This document shows, piece by piece, positions 61,411 through 64,000 of a stretch of 64,000 nt of DNA (within the stretch, counting starts at the first letter, position 1; every line of letters begins with the position of its first letter). Source of the DNA: Eledone cirrhosa (taxonomy: Eukaryota); assembly GCA_964016885.1 (NCBI GenBank), contig OZ024740.1:299646001-299710000 (forward strand), given 5' to 3'. A program made the translations under genes and the position numbers. The notes under the pieces are model-generated. The model saw only the letters and a list, made by a program, of their open reading frames with translations, was not told where the DNA came from and did no database searches.

Positions 61411-64000
61411 GGTTTCTTTATTAACCACAAGGGTTTACATAAAGTAGACATTAAGGACAGTACAGGACAATACAGGACGGTACAAATGGGCATTTCTGCG
61501 TGTAAAAACACAGAGGATGTAACAAAAAAATAATGAAAAATTCCCCAATAGGGGGGAGACTTGCGAGGGACATTTGTGGAGAAAGCCCATTAAAAGGCCA
61601 CAGTGACACTGACCACCAGGGCAAGTGCCCTCTCCCAGTTTTCCACCTTTAATTTACAGACACATACTCAGAGTAGGCCTTTCACTCGGGCCATACTTGC
61701 TTCTCTCACCCATATTTCAACAAAATGCTGGGAAGAGGGCACTTCCCTCTCTACTCTGATTTTCCTTTTCAAATGAAATTTGAAAAAGTCAATCAGAGCA
61801 TCACCGAAGAGGTAAGTGCTCGTCTTCAGCCCTTTCAAACGTGTCCACCATACTATCTCTTTCGCCATGGCCACCAGACAGATAAAAACTGCCTGCCCTT
61901 CCCGGCTAAAGGAAGAGGGCGGGGCAATCCTGACGATGGACTCAGCTGATAGCTGGATCCGTCCTACACGTGATAGCAGGTGTTCGACATAAACCCACAA
62001 GTCAGCAATGCTCGGACACTGGGCGAGTGCGTGCAGGACGGTTTCGTCGCCCTGCGCGCATCTCGGAAATGTGCAGCTGACGGCACCTCCATGCCCGTAG
62101 AGTTTATCCCGAACTGGCAAAGGTCCTCGGTAGCACTGCCATGCCAGGGATTTCTGGAAGTTGTCCATAGGCCCCGGCCCGAAAGTTATTCCGAAGAGAT
62201 TGGTTAGATGATTTCCTTCGACGCCTAGAGTTTCCCCAAGTACGTCGTCGCTCTTCCCCTCCACTAATCCGCTATAGAACGCTAAGGTGGAGTTTCCACC
62301 GATCACATTGTCCGATTGATCGAGTGCCGTGAGCGCTTAAAACATTCCAATCTCCAAGCGCTGCCTCTAGGTCTTCGCTTGACCCAGGACTGCAGCTCCG
62401 TCAAGGAGAAGAGCTGGGGAAAGACGCGTCTAGCAAACTGCGACCACACCTGATTATCATTGAGGAAGAGGTGGAGATGTCGTAGCCAGAGCGCGTGACT
62501 GCGCATCATCAATCACGGCATGCCCAGCCCTCCACGTAGGGGGTTTTGACAGCAGATGGACCGCCTGACCATCGGAGCGCGTCCCTTCCACAAAAAGCGA
62601 AAGAGCAAACGCTCCTGCGCAGTCAGGTGGCGCTTAGGACAAGGTACGACGGTCAGGCGGCTGTAGATGACGGACGCGATGTGCGCGTCAGCCACTTCGG
62701 CACGATCTTTCAGGGATAGCTTCCTCTCCGCCCATTTCTCGGTGAGAGAAGCCACCCTGCTCGTCACCTCGTCCCAGTTTTTGTCCGTCTTGAGGTCCGG
62801 ACCGAACCAGACCCCTAGCAATTTAACCGGTCCGTCCCTCCGGCGCCCGACGACGCTGTTGGACGGCATGGACGTGCCTCTCCATGTGCCGAGCTGCAGG
62901 CCCACTGACTTTTCTTGTTTGATCATTGCTCCTCTCACCGCTTCGTATTCTCTTAGTGTAGTGCCGATCGCCTCGATGTGTTTGTCGTTCGACATCACTA
63001 CGGTTACATAGTCCGCATATGCTGACACAGATGTTCCGTATCCTAGTTCGCGCGGGACCCCCTTCAACGTCTCCAGTTTGTGCAGTAATGGCGCGAGAGT
63101 CAATACGTACAAGCGGGACGAGAGGGGACATACTTGGCGAATCGAGTGCATGATGTTCAAAGGTTCCGAAAGGTGACCGTTCACTCTCCCCACAGAGCAG
63201 ATGTCGCTGTGCATGGCAGCGATCCAGCCTCTGAAGACGGGCCCAAAGCCAGTCGCCCTCAGGACTGCCGCTAGGTAACGATGGTCGACCCCATCGAAAG
63301 ATTTCGACTGATCTAAATTGATCAAGGACCCACCCGTGCCAGGTTCCCTAGCTACCCTCTCCACGATGTATCGCCTGAGGTGGAGGTTGTCGTGGATAGA
63401 TATGTCGGGAATGGCGCATGTCTGCGCCTCTCCTGCCAGACCACCAACGACAAGCGTCAACCTCTTTACTAGCACCTTGGCCAAAATCTTGAACTCTGTG
63501 TTTAGCAGAGTTATGGGCCTGAAATCATATATGTTATCCCTCTTCTTCGGATCCTTTTTCAACAGCGCCACCGCTCCTCGGCTCACAGAGCTGGGAATGC
63601 TCCCGTTCTGTTGCCAGTTGCAGTAGACGTCCACCAAGAGGCCTCCGAACAAGTCTAGCATCTGTACGTAAAGTTCTTAGGGCAACCATCCAAAGCAGCC
63701 GGTTTACCCCTTGTACAGCCACTCATTGCCTCCCGTACTTCAGCGGTTGTTATCGGCTTTCCGCAACACTCCGCCACAGTGGCTGAGAGCCGCGGTAGTC
63801 CGTTGAGGTAGGCACTAAAATCCGTCCCTCGATCCCACCCGCCGCTGCCCCCGAACAGCTGAGCGAAGTGTCGCTGAAAAGCTTCACACATTTGCCCGGG
63901 ATATAGTAGCATGCGCCCGTCGTGGTCCACCAAAGACCGGATCGTGGCTTTGTTGCCACGACGCGCCTCCGCAACTCGGGCCCATTGAACGGCTTTCGTC
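61411..64000 (-). mobile_element. Tx1 copy C (3' part, disrupted ORF2, continues past the window end) with (AAT)n at its 3' end
   Basis: Colinear with 11570-14180; (AAT)6 at 61393-61410; YADY instead of YADD. Confidence 0.93.

Overview
Eukaryotic, AT-rich, microsatellite-saturated DNA with no confidently identifiable host protein-coding gene. The SINE types and the extreme (TA)n/(CA)n/(CT)n load suggest a cephalopod (Octopus-like) genome; this is inference. Nearly all non-simple sequence is retroelement DNA, sorted by microsatellite target. (1) At 3.5-26.5 kb, about 11 inserts are strung on (AAT)n spacers. L1/Tx1 elements (APE endonuclease; one copy with intact ORF1+ORF2) and three near-complete tRNA-derived SINEs lie on the minus strand, while two R4/Dong-like RLE lineages lie on the plus strand. 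(2) At 29-59 kb, Penelope-like elements (PLEs) sit in (TA)n: a Hydra-type and a Naiad-type RT+GIY-YIG element, plus many ORF-less mini-elements with direct, inverted or fold-back pLTRs. By eye these carry about 15 minimal type-I hammerhead ribozyme motifs, including a compensatory U3-A8 core variant, a branched long stem-II form, and a retrozyme-like unit with hammerheads 530 bp apart. Also present: an intron-containing tRNA-Lys(UUU), RTE fragments, CORE-type SINEs, mariner/pogo relics, a possible spliced ORF1-ORF2 fusion signal in the Tx1 family, and a Tx1 copy possibly captured between inverted Penelope pLTRs. All folds and alignments were done by eye; none were computed.
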